Below are positions 19,276 through 29,400 of a stretch of DNA of 64,000 bases, piece after piece. Numbering within the stretch: the first letter of the stretch is position 1; every line of letters begins with the position of its first letter. This DNA is from an uncultured Porphyromonadaceae bacterium (GTDB taxonomy: Bacteria > Bacteroidota > Bacteroidia > Bacteroidales > Muribaculaceae), in the NCBI GenBank assembly GCA_948467675.1, contig CAOKFI010000001.1:25159-89158 (forward strand), read 5' to 3'. The position numbers and the translations under genes are program-made. The notes beneath the pieces are model-generated. The model had not been told where the DNA came from and ran no database searches. It saw only the letters and a list, made by a program, of their open reading frames with translations.

Positions 19276-21684
19276 ATGGGCTGGGTGAGGAGCGCTGCAG
19301 TGGCGGCTTTGGCCTGGTGCGGTGTTGCAGCTATACATGCGGCGGCCTATGATATTGTGTTCGATACTCCTGAGCCGTATCCGCCTGTGCTGTCAGGGCA
19401 GAAAGATATATCGTGGGAAAGCCGTTCACTGCCGATAGGCAACGGAAGCATCGGTGCCAATATATTCGGATCGATAACTACAGAGCGTATTACGTTCAAT
19501 GAGAAATCCTTGTGGTGCGGGGGACCGAACGTCAGCGATGATCCGTCGTATTACTGGGATGTCGACAAGAAGTCGGCTCACTGGTTGCCGGAGATACGCC
19601 GGGCATTTGTCGATGGAGATTCATTGCGGGCCGATTCGCTGGTAAGGAAGCATTTCAATAGCGGAGTGTCGTATGTGGCCGGTGACGAATCGCCATATCG
19701 GTTCGGTAATTTCACCTGGATTGGTGAGTTCCTTATAGGTACGGGAATCAATCAGAAAGAGGTCTCGGGATATACACGGTCACTGTCTCTTGACTCGGCT
19801 GTAGTCACAGTGGCGTTTGAAGCACAGGGAATCCGATATAAACGTGAATATTTCGTATCGTATCCCGACAATGTGATGGTGGTCAGGTTCAGTGCTGATG
19901 CGCCTCAGCATCTGTCGTTCGTCTATGACTCTAACAGAATATCATCTGGGAAGTTCAGCAGGACAGGATCGGACGGACTGCTTTATGACGGGCGGCTGGA
20001 TGACAACAGAATGCAGTATGCTGTAAGGATCAGGGCTATAGCCCGGGAGGGTTCTGTAAGCAATCGCGACGACCGGCTTGTCGTCGACGGAGCCCGTGAC
20101 GTGGTTTTCCTGATTGCCGCCGATACTGATTATAAAGTCAATTTTAATCCTGATTTCACAGATCCGGCTACGTATGTAGGTGTGGATCCGGTTGAGACTA
20201 CACAGGGATGGATATCATCGGCTGTTGATGCTGGCTATGACCGGTTGTTGCAGACACATATACAGGATTACAGGCGGCTGTTCGACAGAGTGAGCCTTTC
20301 GCTTGGTTCAGGCGAACCGGAGCCTGTCTCCACACCCGAAAGGCTGAGGCGCTACCGCGAGGGAGCTGCTGACCGTTATCTCGAGGAACTGTATTATCAG
20401 TTCGGCCGATATCTCCTTATCGCAAGTTCCAGACCCGGGAATATGCCTGCCAATCTGCAGGGTATATGGCATAATGATGTGGATGGACCATGGCATGTCG
20501 ATTACCATAACAATATCAACATTCAGATGAATTATTGGCCGGCATGCATGACCGGACTGTCTGAATGTGTGGAACCGATGATAGATTTCATAAGGACATT
20601 GGAAAAGCCCGGAAAGAATACAGCCCGGTCATATTTCGGAGCCGACGGCTGGACAGCATCGATATCAGGCAATATATTCGGGTTTACGGCTCCTCTCAGC
20701 AGTGAGGATATGTCGTGGAATTTCAATCCCATGGCCGGTCCGTGGTTGGCGACACATCTGTGGGACTATTACGACTATACCCGTGATACTACCTATCTCA
20801 GGGATGTGGCCTACGATCTGATAAAAGGCAGTGCCGATTTCGTGTGCGATTATCTTTGGCTCGCGCCTGACGGCAGATACACGGCATGTCCGTCGACTTC
20901 CCCTGAGCATGGCCCTGTCGACAAAGGAGCTACGTTCGTCCATGCCGTGTGTCGTGAACTGTTGCTCGATGCTGTCGAAGCGTCATCAGTGCTCGGAGTC
21001 GATGCCGGTGATCGTGAACGTTGGATGGGAGTACTTGACAATATCGCACCATACCGTATAGGCCGTTACGGTCAGCTGATGGAATGGTCGGAGGATATCG
21101 ACGACCCCACCGACGAGCACCGGCATGTGAATCATCTGTTCGGGCTGCATCCGGGCAGAACCATAACCGTGGAAGATACGCCGGAACTGGTCGATGCCTG
21201 CCGTGTGGTGCTTGAACATCGCGGCGACGGCGCTACAGGCTGGAGCATGGGATGGAAACTGAACCAGTGGGCTAGGCTGCATGACGGAGACCATGCATAT
21301 AAACTGTATGGCAACCTGCTTAAAAACGGCACTCTCGACAACCTGTGGGACACCCATCCGCCGTTCCAGATCGATGGTAATTTCGGTGGTACTGCCGGTG
21401 TCACTGAAATGCTTATGCAGAGTCATACAGGCACGGTGCATCTGCTTCCCGCATTGCCGTCGGCATGGCCCGCAGGACGAGTGACGGGACTGGAGGCCAA
21501 AGGCAATTTCGTTGTGGACATCGAATGGGCTGACGGAGTCCCTTCCGATGTGATTGTGACATCGCGTTCAGGAGGTGTGTGTCGCCTGCGTTATGGTAAA
21601 TCGGTTTTGACTTTCGATACAACCGCAGGAACAATCTACCATATAGGTTACAACGCCGTGCGCGGACTGTATAGAGTAAAGTGA
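19276..21684 (+). CDS. glycoside hydrolase family 95 (alpha-L-fucosidase-like)
   Basis: ~802 aa from ATG 19276 (track ORF starts at TTG 19270), with a signal peptide, the N-terminal LPIGNGSIGANIFG motif, and length typical of GH95. Confidence 0.8.
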   Translation: MGWVRSAAVAALAWCGVAAIHAAAYDIVFDTPEPYPPVLSGQKDISWESRSLPIGNGSIGANIFGSITTERITFNEKSLWCGGPNVSDDPSYYWDVDKKSAHWLPEIRRAFVDGDSLRADSLVRKHFNSGVSYVAGDESPYRFGNFTWIGEFLIGTGINQKEVSGYTRSLSLDSAVVTVAFEAQGIRYKREYFVSYPDNVMVVRFSADAPQHLSFVYDSNRISSGKFSRTGSDGLLYDGRLDDNRMQYAVRIRAIAREGSVSNRDDRLVVDGARDVVFLIAADTDYKVNFNPDFTDPATYVGVDPVETTQGWISSAVDAGYDRLLQTHIQDYRRLFDRVSLSLGSGEPEPVSTPERLRRYREGAADRYLEELYYQFGRYLLIASSRPGNMPANLQGIWHNDVDGPWHVDYHNNINIQMNYWPACMTGLSECVEPMIDFIRTLEKPGKNTARSYFGADGWTASISGNIFGFTAPLSSEDMSWNFNPMAGPWLATHLWDYYDYTRDTTYLRDVAYDLIKGSADFVCDYLWLAPDGRYTACPSTSPEHGPVDKGATFVHAVCRELLLDAVEASSVLGVDAGDRERWMGVLDNIAPYRIGRYGQLMEWSEDIDDPTDEHRHVNHLFGLHPGRTITVEDTPELVDACRVVLEHRGDGATGWSMGWKLNQWARLHDGDHAYKLYGNLLKNGTLDNLWDTHPPFQIDGNFGGTAGVTEMLMQSHTGTVHLLPALPSAWPAGRVTGLEAKGNFVVDIEWADGVPSDVIVTSRSGGVCRLRYGKSVLTFDTTAGTIYHIGYNAVRGLYRVK

Positions 21685-21734
21685 GCAATCGCTCTATGAT
21701 ATTTGTTTGAATCGTGTCGGTATTGCCGGTTTCA

Positions 21735-21752
21735 TAATTTTGTGTAATTTTG
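21735..21752 (+). promoter_or_regulatory. tandem TAnnTTTG -7 boxes, promoter of the riboswitch-led operon
   Basis: TAATTTTG occurs at 21735-21742 and again at 21745-21752, immediately upstream of the riboswitch aptamer. Confidence 0.5.
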
Positions 21753-21759
21753 TCGGCGT

Positions 21760-21955
21760 AATGGTTGCTCTGTCGTGAAGAGTCGCGGCTTTAAGGAGCA
21801 TCAAAAGGGAACGGGGTGAGATTCCCCGACAGTACCCGCTGCTGTAATTCCCGCTCACCGGTGGTGAGCAGACGAGTGTCGCAATATGTCACTGGCCGTA
21901 TCAAGGCCGGGAAGGCGTGACTACTCCGGGATAAGTCAGAAGACCTGCCATATAC
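21760..21955 (+). promoter_or_regulatory. cobalamin (B12) riboswitch aptamer
   Basis: Conserved elements AAAAGGGAACGGGGTGAGATTCC, CAGTACCCGCTGCTGTAA and GTCACTGG...GGGAAGGC are present, plus the B12 box AGTCAGAAGACCTGCC at 21934-21949. The boundaries are approximate. Confidence 0.88.
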
Positions 21956-22045
21956 GCCACTATAAGATTCGCCTACGGGATTATGGGCACAGGTCTCTGA
22001 TTAGAACATCCGTTCGAGATTGTTTTATCGTATATACACGTATAT

Positions 22046-22091
22046 ACTCCCGTTATAGCCCTCTTTGTGTGGCAATGACGGGAGTTTTTTT
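22046..22091 (+). terminator. riboswitch expression-platform intrinsic terminator (attenuator)
   Basis: actcccgt (22046-22053) pairs with acgggagt (22078-22085), followed by a T7 tract 26 nt before the receptor ATG. Confidence 0.7.
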
Positions 22092-22117
22092 GTATACCGA
22101 TAAACCGATTCAACCCA

Positions 22118-24112
22118 ATGAGGGCTAAATTATCCATACTGTTGATCCTTTTTTTTGCGTGGCAGTTGCCGGCAAAAGCCTACGATGCGGCCGATACTAC
22201 TCTGGTACTGAATGAAGTATCGGTTACCGCTGTGCGTCCACGAACTGAAATAATTCCGGCGCAGCAGCTGAGCGGCATTGAACTGCAGAAACTCAACAGC
22301 AACAGTGTGGCCGATGCTCTCCGTTATTTTTCAGGTGTGCAGGTCAAAGATTATGGTGGGGTAGGCGGTATAAAGACAGTGAATATACGGTCGATGGGAA
22401 CCAACCATACCGGTGTGGTCTACGACGGCGTGGAGCTTGGCAATGCACAGAACGGCCAGATCGATCTCGGTCAGTTCTCGCTTGACAATATCGAAGCGAT
22501 ATCGCTGTACAATGGTCAGAAAAGCGAGATATTGCAGCCTGCCAAAGACTTCGGTTCCGCAGGCAGCATATATATGCGTACACGTACGCCTCATTTTGAT
22601 ATCGGTGAAAGCTATCATCTCCGCGCTACCGTGCGTACCGGATCGTTCGGCCTGTTGAATCCCTCGGCGCTGGTGGAATTGAAACTTACGGAATGCGTCA
22701 GCGCGTCATTGAGCGCCGAATGGATCACATCGACAGGTAAATACAAATTTCGTTACCGCCGGGTGAATCCGGCCGGTGAGCTTGCCTACGATACCACAGC
22801 GGTGCGCGAGAACGGAGATATCAACGCTACCCGTATGGAATGCAACCTTAACGGAAACATAGCCGGCGGTGAATGGCATTTCAAAGTCTATAATTATAAC
22901 TCGGAGCGAGGTGTGCCCGGAGCTATTGTCAATAATGTGTGGCGCCGCGGCGAGAGGATCTGGGATACGAACTCGTTTGCACAAGGGCGTTTTACACGGA
23001 CATGGAATAGATTCACTACGCTGGCCAATATGAAGTATGCGTTTTACCGGACCCATTATGTCAACAACGATGACAAGCAGATAAAGATCGACAATCTTTA
23101 CCGTCAGCGAGAGTTGTATCTGTCATCGGCCAATGAGTATGCGTTCAGTTCTTGGTGGCGAGTATCGGTAAGTTATGATCTGCAGTGGAATGCCTTGCAG
23201 GCCGATATGTACGGCTTTGCGCGTCCCGACCGTCTGACCAATATGCTGTCGGCTGCCACAGCGATTGATCTCGGTCGTATGAAGGTGCAGGGCAGTGCTC
23301 TCGGCACATGGGTACATGATATATTGCGCGGCCAGCAGTCTCCGCCAGACAGGCATGTGTTTACTCCGGCGGTATATATGAGTTACGAACCGTTGCGTAA
23401 CCGGAATTTCGCTGTAAGGGCTTTCTATAAGCGGTCATTCCGTATGCCGACTTTCAATGATCTGTATTATGCCGATATGGGTAACTCAAAACTCAATCCT
23501 GAACGTGTGACACAATATAATGCAGGCATAGTCTACCGGCATGCCGGACGTGGAACTGTAAAGGCGGTGCGATTGAGCGCCGATGTCTACTATAATCATG
23601 TCCGCGATAAGATAGTGGCGTATCCGAAGGGACAGCAGTTCCGCTGGACCATGCTTAATCTCGGACTGGTGGATATACGCGGAGCAGATATCAGCGGTCT
23701 GCTGACATTGACTCCGGCTGAGGAGCTTGATGTGACGGTGAGAGGGCAGTATACATATCAGCGGGCTATAGATGTGACAGATCCGGCCGATAACTATTAT
23801 CGCGACCAGATTCCGTATATACCCCATCACTCAGGATCGGCTGTGGTGAATCTGTCGTGGCGCAGATGGGGGCTGAACTATAGTTTCATATATGTCGGTT
23901 CACGATACAACCAGCAGGAAAACATCAGATATAACTATACCCAGCCCTGGTATACGAGCGATGTTTCCGTGAGCCGAGACATTACTTTCGGTCGTGTGTC
24001 GATGCGTGCACTGCTTGAAATCAACAACCTGCTCAGTCAGGACTACGATGTGATTCTCAATTATCCGATGCCGAAACGTAATTTCAGGGTTACACTGACT
24101 GTGGAGATATGA
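22118..24112 (+). CDS. btuB: TonB-dependent receptor, BtuB-like (riboswitch-controlled)
   Basis: 664 aa with a signal peptide and a plug-domain pattern (NIRSMGTNHTGVVYDGVELGN). The long beta-barrel has alternating strands. The B12 assignment comes from the upstream riboswitch. Confidence 0.8.
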   Translation: MRAKLSILLILFFAWQLPAKAYDAADTTLVLNEVSVTAVRPRTEIIPAQQLSGIELQKLNSNSVADALRYFSGVQVKDYGGVGGIKTVNIRSMGTNHTGVVYDGVELGNAQNGQIDLGQFSLDNIEAISLYNGQKSEILQPAKDFGSAGSIYMRTRTPHFDIGESYHLRATVRTGSFGLLNPSALVELKLTECVSASLSAEWITSTGKYKFRYRRVNPAGELAYDTTAVRENGDINATRMECNLNGNIAGGEWHFKVYNYNSERGVPGAIVNNVWRRGERIWDTNSFAQGRFTRTWNRFTTLANMKYAFYRTHYVNNDDKQIKIDNLYRQRELYLSSANEYAFSSWWRVSVSYDLQWNALQADMYGFARPDRLTNMLSAATAIDLGRMKVQGSALGTWVHDILRGQQSPPDRHVFTPAVYMSYEPLRNRNFAVRAFYKRSFRMPTFNDLYYADMGNSKLNPERVTQYNAGIVYRHAGRGTVKAVRLSADVYYNHVRDKIVAYPKGQQFRWTMLNLGLVDIRGADISGLLTLTPAEELDVTVRGQYTYQRAIDVTDPADNYYRDQIPYIPHHSGSAVVNLSWRRWGLNYSFIYVGSRYNQQENIRYNYTQPWYTSDVSVSRDITFGRVSMRALLEINNLLSQDYDVILNYPMPKRNFRVTLTVEI

Positions 24113-25284
24113 CAATAGCCTTTCCGATGAAACATTTTATATTAATAATTCTTTCTATTCTGCCGCTCCTTACGGTCATCACGGGCTGTCGCGAGGACGA
24201 GCTCGTGGTGCCTTCGGAGTATGATATCATTCCGGAATCGCCATTGCCGGACACCTCCATCCGCGGATTCTATCTGGTGAATGAAGGCAACATGGGCTCG
24301 AATAAATGCACGCTCGATTATTTCGACTATTTCACCGGACTTTATGCACGCAATTTTTATGCTGAACGCAATCCGTCAGTGGTCAAGGAACTCGGTGATG
24401 TGGGCAATGACATTGGTATATACGGCTCACGGCTTTATGTGGTGGTCAATTGTTCCCATAAAGTCGAGGTGCTAGATGCACGCAGTGGTGTCAGGATCGG
24501 TCAGGTCGACATACCGAACTGCCGTTATGTGCGTTTTCACAGAGGCAAGGCATACGTAAGTTCTTATGTCGGCCCGGTTCTGATCGATCCGGCGGCTCCG
24601 AAGGGCGCTGTATATGAGGTAGACACGTTGTCGCTTCAGGTGACTAGGAAAGTTACGGTAGGGTATCAGCCCGAGGAGATGGAAGTGGTCGATGACTATA
24701 TGTATGTGGCAAATTCCGGTGGTTACAGAGCGCCTGATTATGACCGGACTGTATCTGTGATACAGATGATCGATTTCAAACAGGTACGGCAGATCGATGT
24801 CGGGATAAATCTCCACCGTCTGAAACAGGACCGTTATAAAAAACTGTGGGTATCGTCGCGTGGCGATTATCAGAGCCGCCCATCCAGACTGTATGTGCTG
24901 GAGAAGAGACCGGGTTACAATCAGATGGTCGTGTCGGATACTATACCGGTGGCATGTTCCAACATGGCGATACACGGCGATTCGCTATATTACTATGCTA
25001 CCGAATGGAACCAGTACACCGCCTCCAACACTATATCCTATGGCATAATCGATGTGCGGTCACGTGAGATTGTCTCGACTAATTTCATCACCGACGGTAC
25101 TGAGCGGGATATAACCGTGCCATACGGTATCGCTGTGCATCCGGAGACAGGCGACATATTCGTGACCGATGCGAAAAATTATGTAAGCAGCGGCACTCTG
25201 TATTGTTTCACCCGCGATGGCCGCCGTAAATGGAGCGTGCGTACCGGCGATATTCCTGCTCACATGGTATTTCTGAGACGATGA
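24109..25284 (+). CDS. surface beta-propeller lipoprotein (YncE/DUF5074-like; BtuG-type candidate)
   Basis: 391 aa (alternative start at 24127) with lipobox LTVITGC and the motif GFYLVNEGNMGSNKCTLDY. Its start shares an ATGA overlap with the receptor stop. The BtuG analogy rests on position only. Confidence 0.65.
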   Translation: MTIAFPMKHFILIILSILPLLTVITGCREDELVVPSEYDIIPESPLPDTSIRGFYLVNEGNMGSNKCTLDYFDYFTGLYARNFYAERNPSVVKELGDVGNDIGIYGSRLYVVVNCSHKVEVLDARSGVRIGQVDIPNCRYVRFHRGKAYVSSYVGPVLIDPAAPKGAVYEVDTLSLQVTRKVTVGYQPEEMEVVDDYMYVANSGGYRAPDYDRTVSVIQMIDFKQVRQIDVGINLHRLKQDRYKKLWVSSRGDYQSRPSRLYVLEKRPGYNQMVVSDTIPVACSNMAIHGDSLYYYATEWNQYTASNTISYGIIDVRSREIVSTNFITDGTERDITVPYGIAVHPETGDIFVTDAKNYVSSGTLYCFTRDGRRKWSVRTGDIPAHMVFLRR

Positions 25285-26471
25285 AGACAATGCGATATAT
25301 CTTTCCGATAGCGGCAGCGGTTATGGTAACCAGTTCGTGTACTGACGAAATACCGACGGTAAACCTCGGTATAGACGATGTATATTATGTGTACCGGATG
25401 CAGAAACTGCCGCTCGAATCGGCTCTGACAGGTGCAGAATACAGATGGACTGTCGATGGACAGCCGGTCTCTGATGAACGTTCCTATATATTTCTTGCCG
25501 GGACAGAGGGTGTGTATGATCTTACGTTCGATATAATAGATGACGATACGCCGTATCACTTCGAGTTTACGGTAAATGTTGTTCACGAGGAGGTGGAGTA
25601 CAGCCCGTACATATCCCGGGTATATGAGTACTGTCCGGCTCCCGGCCAGTTCATCAACAAGATGCCGCAGTACGATGCCGGCGATACGTATGCCGATATT
25701 CTTCGTAAGGCGGAGGAGTCGATTTCGGGCACGAACGATGTGATGATTTCGCTCGGAGGGTTCGGCGGCTACGTTACATTCGGGTTCGATCATACTGTTG
25801 TCAACGTGTACGGTGAATATGATTTCAGGATATGGGGCAATTCGTTTTATGAACTTACCGATCCGATCCGCCGCGGCGGATCGGCAGAACCGGGTATCGT
25901 AGCAGTAAGCTATGATGCAAATTGCAATGGACTTCCTGACGATCCGTTCTATGAGCTTGCCGGAAGCGAGTATTACAAGCCGTCGACCGTTCACGGATAT
26001 TCGATAACCTATATGTGTCCTGATCCTGACCGGGAACCCGATGCCGGCGATGACGGTTTTATTACCGATTCCAGATATATCTCATGGCATGATTCCGATG
26101 GTGGTAACGGATATATCGGCAAGAATCAGTTTCACGATCAGTCTTATTGGCCTGAATGGATTTCAGCAGCCAGTATGGATTTTTCAGGGACGAGGTTGGC
26201 CGACAATGGTATTGATACAAGCGGTACTGGGCGTTACTACATACTTTATTGCTATGACTGGGGGTATGTGGACAATCATCCAAACGACTATCCGGAACTG
26301 TGTTCGTTCGATATCGGATGGGCAGTGGATGATACCGGTATGCCGGTATTTCTTCCCGGTGTCGATTTCGTTCGTGTATATACCGGACTGAACCAACAAT
26401 GCGGCTGGCTCGGAGAGACCTCGACAGAGCTGTCGCGTGCTCAGGATTTACATATCGATCCACTTTTTTAA
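25281..26471 (+). CDS. lipoprotein of unknown function (PKD/Ig-like N-terminal domain plus unknown domain)
   Basis: ATG 25281 gives MKTMRYIFPIAAAVMVTSSC (lipobox). Its start shares an ATGA overlap with the upstream stop. The protein is 396 aa. Confidence 0.7.
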   Translation: MKTMRYIFPIAAAVMVTSSCTDEIPTVNLGIDDVYYVYRMQKLPLESALTGAEYRWTVDGQPVSDERSYIFLAGTEGVYDLTFDIIDDDTPYHFEFTVNVVHEEVEYSPYISRVYEYCPAPGQFINKMPQYDAGDTYADILRKAEESISGTNDVMISLGGFGGYVTFGFDHTVVNVYGEYDFRIWGNSFYELTDPIRRGGSAEPGIVAVSYDANCNGLPDDPFYELAGSEYYKPSTVHGYSITYMCPDPDREPDAGDDGFITDSRYISWHDSDGGNGYIGKNQFHDQSYWPEWISAASMDFSGTRLADNGIDTSGTGRYYILYCYDWGYVDNHPNDYPELCSFDIGWAVDDTGMPVFLPGVDFVRVYTGLNQQCGWLGETSTELSRAQDLHIDPLF

Positions 26472-26486
26472 TAATAAACCAATAGT

Positions 26487-29400
26487 ATGAGAATTAGACA
26501 TTTACTTTTATCTGCGGTAATTGCTGCAGGTGCGGTACCCGACAGTACTGCGACAGTAGATCTTGATGCTATCAGGAACTGGGCCGGCACAGGCGAAAAG
26601 CGAGCCGCTCTGGTAATTGATTTTCATGATGAGAAAGGCAACGATCAGGCTCTGGTGTGGGGTTACCGGTGGGACGGTAACGCATCGGGTGAGGATATGA
26701 TCCGTGCGATTGCCCGTTCGAGCCGTGTACTCGTGCTGATGACTCAGTATACGGGCAATATGGGTTCTACTGTCAATGGTGTAGGCATAGCGGCAGACCG
26801 TAATGAACTGTTAAGCTATCTGCGTTATGATTTCGATGGCGCGAGCAGTTCCGACAAAGTTGCGTTCGGATATTATGAACCGGAAACAGTCATGGGACAG
26901 ACTTCAGCTCCAGGTGCTAAAACTCCTGAACTCGTGCAATCGGCGATAGATGCCGCACGTATGACAGGTATCATAGATCATCCTCTCAATTTTTTGCGTT
27001 ACGGTTATGCGGCATACGATTATGATTTCTGGCAGTTGGATCCGGTAGTCGCCGATAGTCCCAACTATCGCTGGGAAGCGGCCTGGTACAAGGGGTACTG
27101 GCAGTTCTTTACCGGTGACGCCGACGGGGATCTGTCGTACTCCGGGCTCGGAATGTCGAGTGTGCAGCTATCGGACGGAATGGTAAATATGTGGACATTC
27201 GCGCCTGATTTCCAGCACAAGGATATGAGTCCGATAGACTATACAATAGAGGATTTCGGAGAGGAAATGACTCCGGGTCAGGAAGAAGCCTGCGCCATAG
27301 ACCTGTCGAAAATCCGGTTCTGGGTAGGAGACGGCGAGAAAGAAGCTGCTGTGGTACTTCAGTTCAATGATGGCAAAGGCCCTGAGAATCTGGTTTACGG
27401 TTATCGCTGGAGCGGCGGCTATGATAAAAGCTGTCAGGATGTGATCAAGGACATAGCCGAAGCTGATCCACGTATGACTCTTTCGGATAACGGGACGGTT
27501 ACGTATGAGTGCAATGATGACGGCAATCTGAACTATAACGACCATAATGCGACCAACGGAAACTGGAACGGCTATCTGCGCCGTAAGGTAGATACGGAAT
27601 ATCTGCGTGTGGCTGATATGAAGAAAGTTTTCGTGGCACCCGGTTCGGTATTTGTATATGCAAATTCCACTGATGACACTGTAGAACTTCCGTTTACTCT
27701 TTTCCGTCCTGCTTCCGACGACACACAGATCATATATCTGCCTGAGACACTGACTTACAGTATCAACGATACCCAGTGCGTGATACCAGCTTTCATACAG
27801 TATACACCGGATGTGGTGTCGCATGCGTCGACTGCGACGTGGGCTGTAGAGGGAGCTGCAAACGGTCTGCTTAAACTGACGGGCACCCAGATGCTATGCA
27901 AGGTAACACATAATGAACTGAAGCCGACCGAAGGTGATGTGACACTTAAAATCCGTGTGAATTACGAAGGGGGGAATGCCGACTATGTGTCCTCCAATGT
28001 ATGCCGTCTTATCGTCGCTGCGCCGGAGCGTCCCATAACATCGATGTCGTTTGAGAGTGCGACTATGGAGGTGGCTCTGAACAAGGCAGTCGTTAACCCG
28101 CTGGTAACAGATCCGGAAAATCCGACATATACGAAGGTCACATACACTACGTCGGATGCGTCGGTGATCAAAGTGAACTCCTACAACAATACTCTGACAG
28201 CGACTACGACTCCCGGTACTGCTGTCATTACAGCGACCTACGACTATGATCCGGAAATCAAGGCTGAGTTTACTGTAACTTCCAGGCTGATGAATCCTGT
28301 GACGGATATAAAGCTGCCGTTCGAGGGCAATGATGTGACTATCCCGTATAAGGGTGTTTTTGCCCTTCATGTATCTGTCGAGCCTGACGATGCCGATATC
28401 GCGGACTATAATATTGAGATCGCCGATCCGGATATAGTATCTGATTTCGGCAAAGGCAAATATGCATACGTGACTCTCGTCGCCCATAAACCGGGAGCAA
28501 CAACCGTGACCTTGACTGCGGCTGACGGATCCGGAGCTGAACGTGTGCTGAATGTGACTGTCGAGAAACCGGAGGACCAGGATCTGGACTTTACCAGCGG
28601 TACGTTCATTCTTAATGAAGAGTGGTTTGGTCATACCAACGGTTCGATCAACTATGTAGATGCTGACGGCATGATGCATTACCGTGTGGTGGGTTCCCGC
28701 AATGACGGACTGTCATTCGGTGCCACTTCCTGCTACGGTATGGTATGGGGCGGCAAGCTGTATGTCATGTCAAAGCAGCATCAGGACGGTGGCGATCCCA
28801 ATACCGGCGGCGGCCGTCTGGTCGTAGCTGATGAAAAGACTATGAAGATCGTGGCCAGATTCGACAATATAGGCGGAGGAGACGGTCGTGCCTGTGTAGG
28901 TGTAAACGAGTCGAAGATATATTACGGCTCGACTGCCGGTATCTTTACTTTCGATGTCGATAATCTGACCACAGGTTCTCTCATAGAGGGGACAGCCGGC
29001 AAGAACGCTTATTCAGGCCAGATAGGTGACATGGTATGTACCGGAAGCCGAGTATATGCCGTACAGCAGTCTACTGGTGTGCTGGTAATCGATACAGAAT
29101 CCGACTTGCTGATAAAGAAGATCGATGACACTACTGTGCAGGGTATAGCCCGTTCGATGGATGGAAATGTCTGGGTTGCATCCAAATCGAAGCTCACATG
29201 CATAGATCCTGCTACTGCTGAGATAATAGAAACCGTGGATCTGCCGTCAGGTCAGACCATAACCTGCGACTGGGGTTCATGGCGTCCGACACAGTTCTTT
29301 GCGTCAACTACTGAAAACCGTCTGTTCTGGGGCTTCACATCGTGGGAGATCGGAACCGATATAGCGACTGTGGCAGACAATACTTATGTGACGTCAGTCA

